Source: Elusimicrobia bacterium RIFOXYA2_FULL_47_53 (GTDB taxonomy: Bacteria; Elusimicrobiota; Endomicrobiia; Endomicrobiales; XYA2-FULL-47-53). From it: DNA of 64,000 bases. Where the stretch lies: contig MGVE01000016.1 in assembly GCA_001800315.1 (NCBI GenBank), forward strand, positions 3,432 to 67,431, written 5' to 3'. The notes beneath the pieces are model-generated. The model did no database searches, was not told the DNA's origin, and worked only from the letters and a program-made list of their open reading frames with translations. Of the stretch, positions 46,033 through 55,619 are shown piece by piece. Position numbers and translations under genes: made by a program. Position 1 is the stretch's first letter, and each line of letters opens with the position of its first letter.

Positions 46033-49000
46033 ATGAAAAACAAAAAGAAAATTAACTTAAATTCAAAAACTGAGGCTTTTCCGGTAGTTGGTATTGGCGG
46101 CTCGGCCGGTGGGCTTGAGGCGTTTCAGAAACTGCTGCGGAGCCTTCCTGCTAATCTCGGTATGAGTTATGTGTTTATAATGCATTTAGCTCCTGAGCAT
46201 AAAAGTATGCTGACCGAACTGTTAGCCAAAGAGACAAAAATGCCGGTTAATGAGGCAAAAAGCGGCATGAAATTGGAAGCTAACCATGTTTATGTAATAC
46301 CTCCCAATGTTAAAATGGTTTTGAATAGCGGCAGGTTATTGCTTACCCGGCTGAAAGTCAGCGACCTTAAACGCATGCCTGTAGACAATTTCTTTCAATC
46401 TCTTGCCAAAGAACTTAGCAGCAGAGCAATAGGCGTTATTTTGTCCGGGACTGCTACTGATGGAACGCTTGGAGCTGAAGGGATTAAAGCCGAGGGCGGG
46501 ATTATTTTCGCGCAAGACGAAGAAACGGCAAAATATTTCGGTATGCCGCAAAGCGCCATTGCCGCGGGCTGCGTGGATTTCGTGCTGTCACCCGATAATA
46601 TCGCGAGAGAACTCATTCGTATCGCTAAACATCCCTATATTTCTATCGGCAAGCCAGCCGCCCCGGAGGAGCCGATCATTGGTGAAACTGAAGGTTTTGC
46701 TGTCATTTTTGACTTGCTGCGTCAGTCACGGGGAGTTGATTTTACGCTCTACAAGGCTCCTACGGTCAAGAGGCGCATATCCCGCCGCATGGTTTTGCTG
46801 AGGCAGCATAATCTTAAAGACTACATAAAGGTTCTGCGGGACAATAACGCGGAATTGAACAATCTTTATGATGACCTCTTAATAAATGTCACAAAATTCT
46901 TCCGCGATGCCGCCGTATTCGGCGCGCTTAAAAAGAAAGTTTTAGCCGCGGTTATTAAAGAAAATAAAAAGAATCAGCTGATAAAAATATGGGTTCCGGG
47001 ATGCGCCGGCGGCGAGGAAGTATATTCTATCGCCATTTGCGTGGCGGAGGCTCTGGGGAACAAGATCGCGTCAATCCCTGTACAAATTTTCGGAAGCGAT
47101 ATCAGCGAAAAGAGCATTGATAAAGCCAGGCGCGGTTTGTATCCCAAGTCCATAGAAGCAGATATTACCCCGGAGCGTTTGAAGCGGTTTTTCACCAAAG
47201 ACGGAGATTCCTACAGGGTATCCAAACAGCTGCGCAGTATGTGTATTTTCTCAAGACAAAATGTCTTTAACGACCCGCCTTTCTCAAATTTAGACCTTAT
47301 CAGCTGCCGCAATCTTTTAATATACCTTCAGCCGGCCCTGCAGAGAAGCGTGTTTAATAAATTCCATTACGCTCTCCGGCCCGGCGGTTTTTTATTGCTT
47401 GGCAATTCAGAATCAGCGGCTGGTTATGCCGGTCTTTTTAAGGTTATGGACAGAAAACACAAGATATTCATAAAGAAATATACTCCCATGTCTCCAAAAC
47501 TTGAAATAGGCAGGCAGTATTATTTGCCGGAGAAATTAGAAATCAAAGAAAAGACAGGCCTTATGAAATCCAGAGAAACCGATATTGGAAGCCTTGTTGA
47601 ACAGGCGGTGCTTGAGCAGTACGCCGCGAGCGGCGTATTGCTTAACAGCGATATGGATGTAATCCAGTTTCGCGGGCATACCGGGCGCTATCTTGAATCA
47701 TCCGCGGGTAAACCAAGCCATAATATATTTAAATTAACCAGAGAAGGACTGGCTCTGCCATTGCGGGCCGCGATAAATAAAGCCAGAGACACAAAACGGG
47801 CCGTAAGCAAAGAAGCCGGCGATGTCTGGTACGGCGGGCGCAGGCTGAGCCTTAATGTTACGGTTATTCCCGTTAAATCCGGAGCCTTAAAGGAAGAATT
47901 TTACCTGGTTCTTTTTGACGAAAATTCCGGAGGGAATTCAGGTAAAAAAACCTCGCCGCTCGGAAAAAATGCCCCTAAAATCAAGCATATTAAAAATGAC
48001 GAACTTTTAAATCTGCGTAATGAACTTATGGAGACGAAAGAATATCTTCAAACAGTTATTGAAGAACATGAGAGCGCCAACGAAGAAGTAAAAACCGCGA
48101 ATGAGGAAATACTTTCAAGCAATGAAGAACTTCAAAGCACAAATGAAGAGCTTGAAACGGCAAAAGAAGAACTGCAGTCTTCAAATGAGGAATTGATCAC
48201 CACTAATGAGGAACTGCAGAACCGTAACAGAGAAGCCAATCTGCTCAATAATGACCTTGTAAACCTGCTTAGCAGTATCAATATGCCGGTAATAATGATG
48301 GATACGGGGCTTGTAATACGCAGGATAACACCGCAGGCTGAAAGAGCGCTAAATGTAGTTTCCGCGGATGTAGGAAGGGAAATAACAAAAATAAAGCTGA
48401 GCGTTGAAATCCCTGATCTGGAAAAGATTCTCATGGAAGTTATTGAGTCTCTTCATCCGAAAACTTTTGAAGTGCGGTCCGGGGAGGGAAACTGGTATTC
48501 GGCAAATATAAGGCCTTACAGAACCTTAGACAACCGGATTGATGGCGTTGTCGCTGTTTTTGTGGACATCACAGGGATAAAGAAGGCACAGGAAATCACG
48601 GAAGAAGCCCGTGATTACTCTGAAAATATTGTTGAGACTGTGCGTGAACCATTAATCGTAATGGACTCGGACTTAAATATAATATCAGCCAATAAATCAT
48701 ACTACATGGCGTTTAAAACAACAGCCGCGGAAACACAGGGGAGATTAGTTTATGACTTGCCCGGCAAACAGTGGGATATTCCGGCCCTGCGAAAGCTGCT
48801 GGAAGGGGTCTCCGCAAAAAATGAACCCTTTGATGGTTATAGAGTTGAACAGGATTTCGGTACTGCCGGCAAAAAGATTTTATTATTGAGCGCAAGGCAA
48901 ATTACCAGAAGGACAACTGGCAGGCATTTAATTCTAATGGCTGTGGAAGATGTTACCGTTACCAGCCATATGGAAAAAGAACTGATGAAAGTCCAGAAGC

Positions 49001-50097
49001 TTGACTCGCTGGGAATACTCGCCGGCGGCATAGCCCATGACTTTAATAACATACTTACGGGTATTATAGGAAATTTATCCATGATTCGCGGGAGTAAGGA
49101 CAATGAAGTGCTCAGTGATGTCATGAAAGCGGCAGTGCGCGCTAAAAACCTGACATTGCAGCTTTTAACATTTGCTAAAGGCGGCGCGCCTGTCAAGAAA
49201 CTTACGGTAATTAAGGATATAATCAGGGATTCCTCTGTTTTTGCGACTCACGGTTCAAGAACCATCTGTAAATTTCATATTGCCGCAAATTTACATCCGC
49301 TGATTGTTGATCCCGGACAAATCGCTCAGGTAATATCTAATATGGTAATTAACGCGGTACAGGCAATGTCTGAGGGCGGAATTATTAACATTTCAGCGGA
49401 AAACATCAACCTAACGGACAAGACGCAACTGCCTATAAAATCAGGCGACTATGTGCGTATCAGCATTAAAGACACCGGTGCCGGCATAGCCGCGGGAGAT
49501 TTAGGTAAAATATTTGACCCTTATTTTTCAACCAAGGAAGGAGGAAGCGGTTTGGGCCTTGCCACCAGCTATTCTATAATAAAAAATCATGATGGCTATA
49601 CCACTGTTAAATCCGACGAAGGAATCGGAACCTTGTTTGAAATTTATTTGCCGGCCGTTATTCAGCAGGCAGGAATTGAAACGCCCGTTGTCAGCAGGGA
49701 AATAATAGAGGGCCGCGGCCGAATTCTTATTTTAGATGACGAGGAAATAATTCGGGTTCTGGGTTTAAGAATGCTCACCAAACTCGGCTATGTGGCCGAA
49801 TGTTTTGACGATTCTGAAAAGGCGATTGAGCGTTATAAGCAGGCATGGGGAACCGCGGAGGCTTTTGAAGCGGTTATACTTGACCTTACCCTGCCCGGCC
49901 GTATGGGCGGCAAAGAAGTTTTGGGCAGGCTTAAGAGCATAAACCCTGAAATAAAAGCCATTGTTTCCAGCGGCTATTCTGAAGATAAAGTCATGGCAAA
50001 CCATAAGGAATACGGATTTTCCGCAGTTCTTCAAAAGCCGTATGATATTGAAGAAGTCAGCGCTATCCTCCATAAGTTGTTAATGAAGAATCAATAA
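46033..50097 (+). CDS. 1354-aa CheB-methylesterase / CheR-methyltransferase / PAS / coiled-coil / PAS / HisKA-HATPase / REC multidomain protein
   Basis: CheB block: VVGIGGSAGGLEAF, GVILSGTATDG. CheR SAM site: IWVPGCAGGEEVYSIAI. NEEL-repeat coiled coil. H-box GGIAHDFNNILT. DTGAGI, GSGLGLA. C-terminal receiver ILILDDEE...DLTLPG. Confidence 0.85.
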   Translation: MKNKKKINLNSKTEAFPVVGIGGSAGGLEAFQKLLRSLPANLGMSYVFIMHLAPEHKSMLTELLAKETKMPVNEAKSGMKLEANHVYVIPPNVKMVLNSGRLLLTRLKVSDLKRMPVDNFFQSLAKELSSRAIGVILSGTATDGTLGAEGIKAEGGIIFAQDEETAKYFGMPQSAIAAGCVDFVLSPDNIARELIRIAKHPYISIGKPAAPEEPIIGETEGFAVIFDLLRQSRGVDFTLYKAPTVKRRISRRMVLLRQHNLKDYIKVLRDNNAELNNLYDDLLINVTKFFRDAAVFGALKKKVLAAVIKENKKNQLIKIWVPGCAGGEEVYSIAICVAEALGNKIASIPVQIFGSDISEKSIDKARRGLYPKSIEADITPERLKRFFTKDGDSYRVSKQLRSMCIFSRQNVFNDPPFSNLDLISCRNLLIYLQPALQRSVFNKFHYALRPGGFLLLGNSESAAGYAGLFKVMDRKHKIFIKKYTPMSPKLEIGRQYYLPEKLEIKEKTGLMKSRETDIGSLVEQAVLEQYAASGVLLNSDMDVIQFRGHTGRYLESSAGKPSHNIFKLTREGLALPLRAAINKARDTKRAVSKEAGDVWYGGRRLSLNVTVIPVKSGALKEEFYLVLFDENSGGNSGKKTSPLGKNAPKIKHIKNDELLNLRNELMETKEYLQTVIEEHESANEEVKTANEEILSSNEELQSTNEELETAKEELQSSNEELITTNEELQNRNREANLLNNDLVNLLSSINMPVIMMDTGLVIRRITPQAERALNVVSADVGREITKIKLSVEIPDLEKILMEVIESLHPKTFEVRSGEGNWYSANIRPYRTLDNRIDGVVAVFVDITGIKKAQEITEEARDYSENIVETVREPLIVMDSDLNIISANKSYYMAFKTTAAETQGRLVYDLPGKQWDIPALRKLLEGVSAKNEPFDGYRVEQDFGTAGKKILLLSARQITRRTTGRHLILMAVEDVTVTSHMEKELMKVQKLDSLGILAGGIAHDFNNILTGIIGNLSMIRGSKDNEVLSDVMKAAVRAKNLTLQLLTFAKGGAPVKKLTVIKDIIRDSSVFATHGSRTICKFHIAANLHPLIVDPGQIAQVISNMVINAVQAMSEGGIINISAENINLTDKTQLPIKSGDYVRISIKDTGAGIAAGDLGKIFDPYFSTKEGGSGLGLATSYSIIKNHDGYTTVKSDEGIGTLFEIYLPAVIQQAGIETPVVSREIIEGRGRILILDDEEIIRVLGLRMLTKLGYVAECFDDSEKAIERYKQAWGTAEAFEAVILDLTLPGRMGGKEVLGRLKSINPEIKAIVSSGYSEDKVMANHKEYGFSAVLQKPYDIEEVSAILHKLLMKNQ

Positions 50098-50107
50098 ATT
50101 TATTTCT

Positions 50108-52174
50108 ATGAAAGACTCAAGTATTAATATTCTTATTATAGAGGATTATCCGGAACATATTAAACTTGTTTCACGGATGCTTGAGAATTGCTCTTCGCAG
50201 TCATTCAATCTGGCTTCCGCGGGAAGGCTTGATGAAGGAATATCAATAATTGCTTCGGCCAGGTTTGATGCTATTTTGCTTGACCTTACCCTGCCTGACA
50301 GTTATGGCCTTGAAGGGCTGGAGAAAATCTCGTCACAATTTCCTGATATTCCTGTAATTGTGCTAACGGCTTTAGATGACGAAAGCATGGAATTGCAGGC
50401 TATGCAGAAAAATTCATGGGATTATCTGGTTAAGGGCCAGATAAACACGAATCTTCTGGTGCATGCCATACGCTATGCCATAGAACGCAAGAAAAAAGAA
50501 AACGAACTTCGTAATGCCAACCGGATACTGTCCGCGTTGAGTGAAAGCAGCCAGGCTATGCTTTACTCACAAAACGAAACTTCCTACTTGCGCCAGATAT
50601 GCAGGATTATCGTTAAAAATTGCGGCTATTCAGCTGCCTGGGTCGGCTACCGCGTTGATGATGAAGGCAAAACAATCAGGCCCATGGCTTATCACGGCGT
50701 AAAGCATGAGTATATGGAAACTGTTTGCAAGACCTGGGAAGACAGCGTTTGCGGCAATACTCCAGCAGGCATGGCTATTCGTACCGGCAAATTATGTTTG
50801 TGTCAAAACATTGATAGCTGTTCCTGGTATAAACCATGGGTGCAGGAGACCATTGAACATGGATATTCATCCGCGATAGCCATCCCCTTAAAGACCAGAG
50901 ATGGCGCTTTCGGAGCGATCACCGCTTTTTCCGATGAAACAAATCCATTTACGGAAAAAGAAGTTCAGATGCTTTCTGAAATCTCGGCTGACCTCGTTTA
51001 CGGCATATCAGCAATTAAAACGAGAAATTTACAGGAAAAAACAGAAAAGGAGCTAAAGGAAAGCGAACGCCGGATGGCGGCTTTGCTGAACGCCACGACA
51101 GAATCAATATGGCTTATGAATACTGACGGATGTATCCTTGCCTCTAATGAGATCGCGGCAAAACGGCTTGGGCTAAACGCTGAGTTCCTAAAAGGCAAAA
51201 TATACTTTGATTATTTACCCGGTTCGGTAGCTAAAACGAGGCGGCACAAAATGGAGGAAGTTATCAATACCGGCAAACCGCTTCGCTTTCAGGATGAAAG
51301 ATCCGGGCTGATTTTCAGCCACAGCCTGTTTCCCGTTCGGGATGAATCGGGTAATATTCAATCAATCGCGGTATTCAGTAACGACATAACCGACAGCAAA
51401 AGAGTTGAGGAGGTGCTTCAAAGAGATAAGGATACTCTTGAAAAAATGGTACAGGAACAGGCTCATGAGTATTCCCGGGCGCAGATTGAATTAGAAAGGG
51501 CACGGAGATTGTCGGACATAGGGCGGCTGGCTTCAACTGTTGCCCATGAGTTAAGAAACCCGCTGGCAACAATAAAAACAGCTGTTTTCAATATTCAGCG
51601 GAAAGCCGGCAGCCCGCTTATTGAAAGACATATCGCTAACATTAACAAAAAGATACTGGAATCGGACGCTATAATCCAGAATGTTCTAAATTTTTCAAAA
51701 GTGAAGGTTCTTAATATTGAAAAAGTCGCGCTTAAACCTCTGCTTGTTGAATCCTGCAACAACATTTCCGGGAATTATAAGAAAAACAAAGTCTCTCTTA
51801 AGGAGGCTTACCTTACTAAAGATGACTGCGTAGTGGAAGGAGATCAATCGCTGCTGCAATCGCTTTTTTCTAATATACTGGATAACGCGTTTCAGTCCAT
51901 GGACAAAAAGTCAGGCAAAATAGACCTGCGTGTTGACAGTTCCGGCGATAATTACTACGAGATAATCATTGAGGATAACGGGGTAGGCATTGACGAGGAA
52001 AATATTTCAAAAATCTATGAGCCTTTCTTTACCACAAGGTCCAGGGGAACCGGGCTGGGGCTGTCGGTATGCCGTGAAATTGTGGAACGCCATTACGGGA
52101 AAATTGACATCAAAAGCAAAAAAGGTTCCGGCACGACAGTTAAAATCACCCTTCCGATACTGCAATTGAAATAG
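50108..52174 (+). CDS. hybrid histidine kinase (REC-GAF-PAS-HisKA-HATPase)
   Basis: ILIIEDYPE...DLTLPDSYG. GAF- and PAS-like middle region. H-box VAHELRNPL. DNAFQS, DNGVGI, GTGLGLSV. Confidence 0.85.
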   Translation: MKDSSINILIIEDYPEHIKLVSRMLENCSSQSFNLASAGRLDEGISIIASARFDAILLDLTLPDSYGLEGLEKISSQFPDIPVIVLTALDDESMELQAMQKNSWDYLVKGQINTNLLVHAIRYAIERKKKENELRNANRILSALSESSQAMLYSQNETSYLRQICRIIVKNCGYSAAWVGYRVDDEGKTIRPMAYHGVKHEYMETVCKTWEDSVCGNTPAGMAIRTGKLCLCQNIDSCSWYKPWVQETIEHGYSSAIAIPLKTRDGAFGAITAFSDETNPFTEKEVQMLSEISADLVYGISAIKTRNLQEKTEKELKESERRMAALLNATTESIWLMNTDGCILASNEIAAKRLGLNAEFLKGKIYFDYLPGSVAKTRRHKMEEVINTGKPLRFQDERSGLIFSHSLFPVRDESGNIQSIAVFSNDITDSKRVEEVLQRDKDTLEKMVQEQAHEYSRAQIELERARRLSDIGRLASTVAHELRNPLATIKTAVFNIQRKAGSPLIERHIANINKKILESDAIIQNVLNFSKVKVLNIEKVALKPLLVESCNNISGNYKKNKVSLKEAYLTKDDCVVEGDQSLLQSLFSNILDNAFQSMDKKSGKIDLRVDSSGDNYYEIIIEDNGVGIDEENISKIYEPFFTTRSRGTGLGLSVCREIVERHYGKIDIKSKKGSGTTVKITLPILQLK

Positions 52175-52206
52175 GCTGACTATATTTTTTTACCCATCAG
52201 GTGGAT

Positions 52207-52239
52207 AAAAGTCAGTAATGCGGGGATATATGATATTGT
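52207..52239 (+). promoter_or_regulatory. bipartite conserved motif, copy 1 (AAAAGTCAGTAAT-N14-TATTGT)
   Basis: GTCAGT at 52211-52216, a 17-nt spacer, then TATTGT at 52234-52239. It lies 55 nt upstream of the REC-AraC start. Confidence 0.45.
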
Positions 52240-52293
52240 GTATTCTTAACGCTATTTATACAATTATCAAAAGCGCAAACCGTGAGGAAAACA

Positions 52294-53010
52294 ATGCCGG
52301 AAACTATTTTGATAGTTGATGATGAAAAAGAATTCAGGGAAGAGCTTGTCTCCAGCTTTGAAGCCTACCAGACAATAGAGGCGTCCAGCGGCCAGCAGGC
52401 GCTTGGCCTGTTAAACAAGCCAAACGAAATTGACCTGGTGATACTTGACTTCAAAATGCCGGGTTTAAGCGGCACGGAAATACTTAAGGTTATTAAAAAA
52501 AGAAACCCCAATATTAAAGTAATCATGCTGACGGCTTTCAGTTCTAAAGATATTGCCGTTGAATCCCTGCGCGGACAGGCTGACGATTTTCTTGAGAAAC
52601 CGGTTGATATTGAAAAATTAATGGCGTCTGTTGAGAAACATTTGGAACGCGCGGAGCAAAACAACGAATCGGATGCCCCGCAAATTAATCAAAAAATAAA
52701 CAGGGTAAAGCGATATCTGGAACGCAATGCCTTAAAGAAAGTATCCCTTGAGGACGCCGGAAAAACTGTGGGGCTTAGCCCAAAATATCTAAGCAGAATA
52801 TTTAAAAATACCTGCGGCGCCGGTTTTATGGATTACAAACTTAAGGTAAAAATTGATAAGGCAAAAAACCTTCTTTCCGCTTCCGGCTGTACTGTGAGCG
52901 AAATATCCGACAGGCTGGGGTTTATGAATCCGGAATCGTTCATGCGAATATTTAAGAAAGTAATGAAGTTGACGCCTACGGAATTTAGAAAAAAGAAGAA
53001 AAAGAAATGA
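52294..53010 (+). CDS. response regulator with AraC-type HTH output domain
   Basis: I took the start at MPETILIVDDEKE, after GAGGAAA. Receiver DFKMPGLSG. The C-terminal AraC helix pair (LSPKYLSRIFK...FMNPESFMRIFKK..KLTPTEFR). Confidence 0.8.
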   Translation: MPETILIVDDEKEFREELVSSFEAYQTIEASSGQQALGLLNKPNEIDLVILDFKMPGLSGTEILKVIKKRNPNIKVIMLTAFSSKDIAVESLRGQADDFLEKPVDIEKLMASVEKHLERAEQNNESDAPQINQKINRVKRYLERNALKKVSLEDAGKTVGLSPKYLSRIFKNTCGAGFMDYKLKVKIDKAKNLLSASGCTVSEISDRLGFMNPESFMRIFKKVMKLTPTEFRKKKKKK

Positions 53011-53414
53011 TTATGAGCGTCAAGAAAAATATTCTTCTGATTGACGATGACGAAGAGATGTGCGATGAGCTGATTGAAGTATTAATTGACGCCGGTTATA
53101 ACATTGACTGTGTCCACAACGGCACGGAGGGCAAAAACCTGATACTTCAGCGCGGCTATGACCTGATACTGCTTGATATCAAGCTTCCCGGGCTAACCGG
53201 TTATGAAGTGCTTAAAGCTACTGAAGGGCGCACAAAAGAAGCGAAAATACTTATTCTCACGGGCCGTCCCATGCAGAAAGATGCGGAGCCCGGAGCTCAG
53301 CTCACGGAGGAAGACAGAGAGGAAGAAAACGCGCTGAAACTCGCCAACGGCATCATCAACAAACCTTTTGACCTGGAAAAGATTCTCGCAACCATAAAAC
53401 AAATTACCTTGTAA
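53007..53414 (+). CDS. single-domain response regulator (CheY-like)
   Basis: ILLIDDDEE...LDIKLPGLTG...INKPF. It overlaps the upstream stop (ATGA). Confidence 0.8.
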   Translation: MIMSVKKNILLIDDDEEMCDELIEVLIDAGYNIDCVHNGTEGKNLILQRGYDLILLDIKLPGLTGYEVLKATEGRTKEAKILILTGRPMQKDAEPGAQLTEEDREEENALKLANGIINKPFDLEKILATIKQITL

Positions 53415-53493
53415 TCCCCGAAACATCTTCTTCCACACTACGCAATTACCTGTTACCCTCGCCCCTTTATGACGGTTTTTTTTATTTGGAGGA

Positions 53494-53526
53494 AAAAGTC
53501 AGTAAAAAGGCGAAACCACCAATTGG
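53494..53526 (+). promoter_or_regulatory. bipartite conserved motif, copy 2 (AAAAGTCAGTAAA-N14-AATTGG)
   Basis: GTCAGT at 53498-53503, a 17-nt spacer, then AATTGG at 53521-53526. It lies 44 nt upstream of the receiver gene at 53570. Confidence 0.45.
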
Positions 53527-53569
53527 AACAAATGCATATATGGTGTAGCATTTACGCGGGAATACAATT

Positions 53570-53980
53570 ATGAAAAAGCGAATAATGATTGTGGACGACG
53601 ATAAGGAATTTCTTGATGAGCTGTCGGACTTAATGCTTTCCAGCGGGTATGATGTGTGCACTTGCATTGATGGCGCAAGGGCCTTAGCCGAAATTCCTGA
53701 AGTTATGCCGGATATTATTCTCCTTGATCTCAAAATGAATAATATTAACGGCTTCCAGGTAGCGGTCCGGCTGAAAGCAATACCCAAAGCCTGCGATATA
53801 CCGATCATTGCGATGACGGGGTATTATACACAGGATGAATACGCCTTAATGATAAAAATCTGCGGAATAAAGAAATTCATAATCAAAACTGCCGATCCGG
53901 GCAACATTGTAAGAGAAGTTAAACTTGTCTTAGCGGGGCTGTCCACCCGGAATACGCATGAAAAAGCAAATAATAACTGA
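53570..53980 (+). CDS. single-domain response regulator (CheY-like)
   Basis: IMIVDDDKE...LDLKMNNINGF...IIAMTGY. Confidence 0.8.
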   Translation: MKKRIMIVDDDKEFLDELSDLMLSSGYDVCTCIDGARALAEIPEVMPDIILLDLKMNNINGFQVAVRLKAIPKACDIPIIAMTGYYTQDEYALMIKICGIKKFIIKTADPGNIVREVKLVLAGLSTRNTHEKANNN

Positions 53981-54034
53981 GCGTCAATTTACTGACGGTA
54001 TGAGCAGTTTAGAATATATAAAGTTAACTGCGAA

Positions 54035-54067
54035 TAAAGTCAGCAATAAATGGAGTCAGGCAATTAC
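54035..54067 (+). promoter_or_regulatory. bipartite conserved motif, copy 3 (TAAAGTCAGCAAT-N14-AATTAC)
   Basis: GTCAGC at 54039-54044, a 17-nt spacer, then AATTAC at 54062-54067. It lies 65 nt upstream of the BON gene. Confidence 0.45.
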
Positions 54068-54131
54068 ACAATCAGATTGTATTTGCAAAAATATGATCGT
54101 GAAGCAAAACTGAGTTGATAAGGAGGCCTCA

Positions 54132-54896
54132 ATGTTTGGAAAAAGCATGAAATTCTTCGCCGCGCATGTATTTCTGCTCTTGTTAACTGCCGTGAATCTA
54201 CATGCTTCTGAAATGGACAGGCTGATTGAAAAATCAGCCAACGACTCCTATGTGTTCAAAACTTATCTTCAAAACGATAATATTACTACCCTGTCTAATG
54301 ACGGCGTAGTCACGCTCAACGGAACCGTAAATGAAGAGTTTCATATCTTAATGGCCCAGGAAACCGTCGCTAACCTACCCGGCGTGAAGAGGGTGCAGAA
54401 CAACCTGGTTTTCCATGGCGAGCGTTTTTCAAAAAGTTCTGATAAGTGGATTTCAATGAATGTAATGTCTGCGTTATTATTTCACCATAATGTTAACGCC
54501 TTTAAAACTAATGTCAATGTGTATAATGGTGTCGTAACTCTAAAAGGCGAAGCCGCAAGCCTTGCCCAAAAGGAACTGACCGGTGAGTACGCGGCTGATG
54601 TATTTGGCGTAAAAGAAGTTAAGAATGAGATGACATATCTTAATAACAGCTTAGAGAGGACTCCTGCGGAAAAGATTGATGACGCGTCCATAACAGCTCA
54701 GGTTATACTGGCGTTGCTGACACATCGCTCAACCAGCGCCATTAAAACCATTGTTCAAACGAAAAACGGGGTCGTTACTCTTACCGGCAGCGCAAAGAAT
54801 GACGCTGAGAAAAAATTGGTCGGAAAACTGGCTAATGACATAAGAGGCGTTGCAATGGTAGTCAATAAGATGGCAGTTGACGACAAATCCAGATAA
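54132..54896 (+). CDS. periplasmic BON-domain protein (three BON domains, OsmY-like)
   Basis: Signal peptide. Three repeats of the form VVTLNGTV....A...V.N..GVK.V.N.L (VVTLNGTVNEE, VVTLKGEAAS, VVTLTGSAKN). Confidence 0.8.
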   Translation: MFGKSMKFFAAHVFLLLLTAVNLHASEMDRLIEKSANDSYVFKTYLQNDNITTLSNDGVVTLNGTVNEEFHILMAQETVANLPGVKRVQNNLVFHGERFSKSSDKWISMNVMSALLFHHNVNAFKTNVNVYNGVVTLKGEAASLAQKELTGEYAADVFGVKEVKNEMTYLNNSLERTPAEKIDDASITAQVILALLTHRSTSAIKTIVQTKNGVVTLTGSAKNDAEKKLVGKLANDIRGVAMVVNKMAVDDKSR

Positions 54897-54916
54897 GAAG
54901 AATGTTGATGCGGGAA

Positions 54917-54949
54917 AAAAGTCAGTAAAACATAGATTTAGACAATTAT
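54917..54949 (+). promoter_or_regulatory. bipartite conserved motif, copy 4 (AAAAGTCAGTAAA-N14-AATTAT)
   Basis: GTCAGT at 54921-54926, a 17-nt spacer, then AATTAT at 54944-54949. It lies 83 nt upstream of the CDS at 55032. Confidence 0.45.
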
Positions 54950-55031
54950 AATGATTTGTTTAATTTGAGATACTGGCGGCATGATCAGGGATTTGAGATC
55001 TCAGATTTAAGATTTATAAAAGGAGCATACC

Positions 55032-55580
55032 ATGAAAGGAATTATGGAATCTATTCATGAGATTATTGAGCGCAAGATAAAAAGCGCGGAAAATATCGTA
55101 AGCGCTGTTGCTGAAAATGTAAGCATAATGGTGAGGGATATGATAACAGACTCCGGTAAAACCGGTGAAGCTTTGATTGAATCCATGCAGAACATTATCG
55201 GAGCTACCATCAGCGCTGTTATTAAAACTGGAAAGAATCTGGAGGACGGCGTGAAAGCACTGGTGATAGGAACCTTAAAAGGAATGAATTTAAAAGGTGA
55301 GGAGGCCTTCACTGTAACAGCGACTTTGGCAGGAGCCATAATTGAGATTACGGCAGAAGCCAGGACAGATCTTGCCACAGCTGCCAGAGGCGTTATCAGA
55401 GGAGCTATTCATTCGGCGAAAGAAAGCGGTATAGATGCCGAGAAAGTTGCCAGCGCGGCTGCCATGGGCGCTTTGAAAGCCGCCTACAGGATAAATGAAG
55501 AAACCGGTGATAAAGTTAAAGCTGCGATAACAGGAACCTTTGACGGGATCAAGGTAGTGGTAAAAGAGCCATATATATAA
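55032..55580 (+). CDS. hypothetical Ala/Gly/Ile-rich helical protein, no signal peptide
   Basis: RBS AAGGAG. Internally repetitive helical sequence (..GA.I.A..K.G...). No family was recognised. Confidence 0.45.
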   Translation: MKGIMESIHEIIERKIKSAENIVSAVAENVSIMVRDMITDSGKTGEALIESMQNIIGATISAVIKTGKNLEDGVKALVIGTLKGMNLKGEEAFTVTATLAGAIIEITAEARTDLATAARGVIRGAIHSAKESGIDAEKVASAAAMGALKAAYRINEETGDKVKAAITGTFDGIKVVVKEPYI

Positions 55581-55619
55581 TGATGAGTAAGAACCAAAAT
55601 ATATAAAGGAGGATTGGAT

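Noticed and set aside
45795-46043. The 82-aa minus-strand ORF between the REC-HK and CheB-CheR genes
   Set aside because: It spans a terminator hairpin and a non-coding leader, has Pro/Arg-rich low-complexity composition, and has no RBS. It also would overlap the start of the 1354-aa gene.
48060-48260. Repetitive GAAGAA/AATGAAGAA DNA as a microsatellite or slippage tract
   Set aside because: It encodes the heptad-like (S/T)(S/A)NEEL coiled-coil that is a conserved feature of CheB-CheR-PAS kinase proteins. The units are imperfect at the DNA level.
53524-53537. Sigma54-like TGGAAC...TGCAT upstream of the receiver gene
   Set aside because: The GG and GC dinucleotides are 9 nt apart instead of the required 12 (TGGCAC-N5-TTGCW), so this is not a -24/-12 promoter. 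No sigma54 activator (AAA+ EBP) is encoded nearby.
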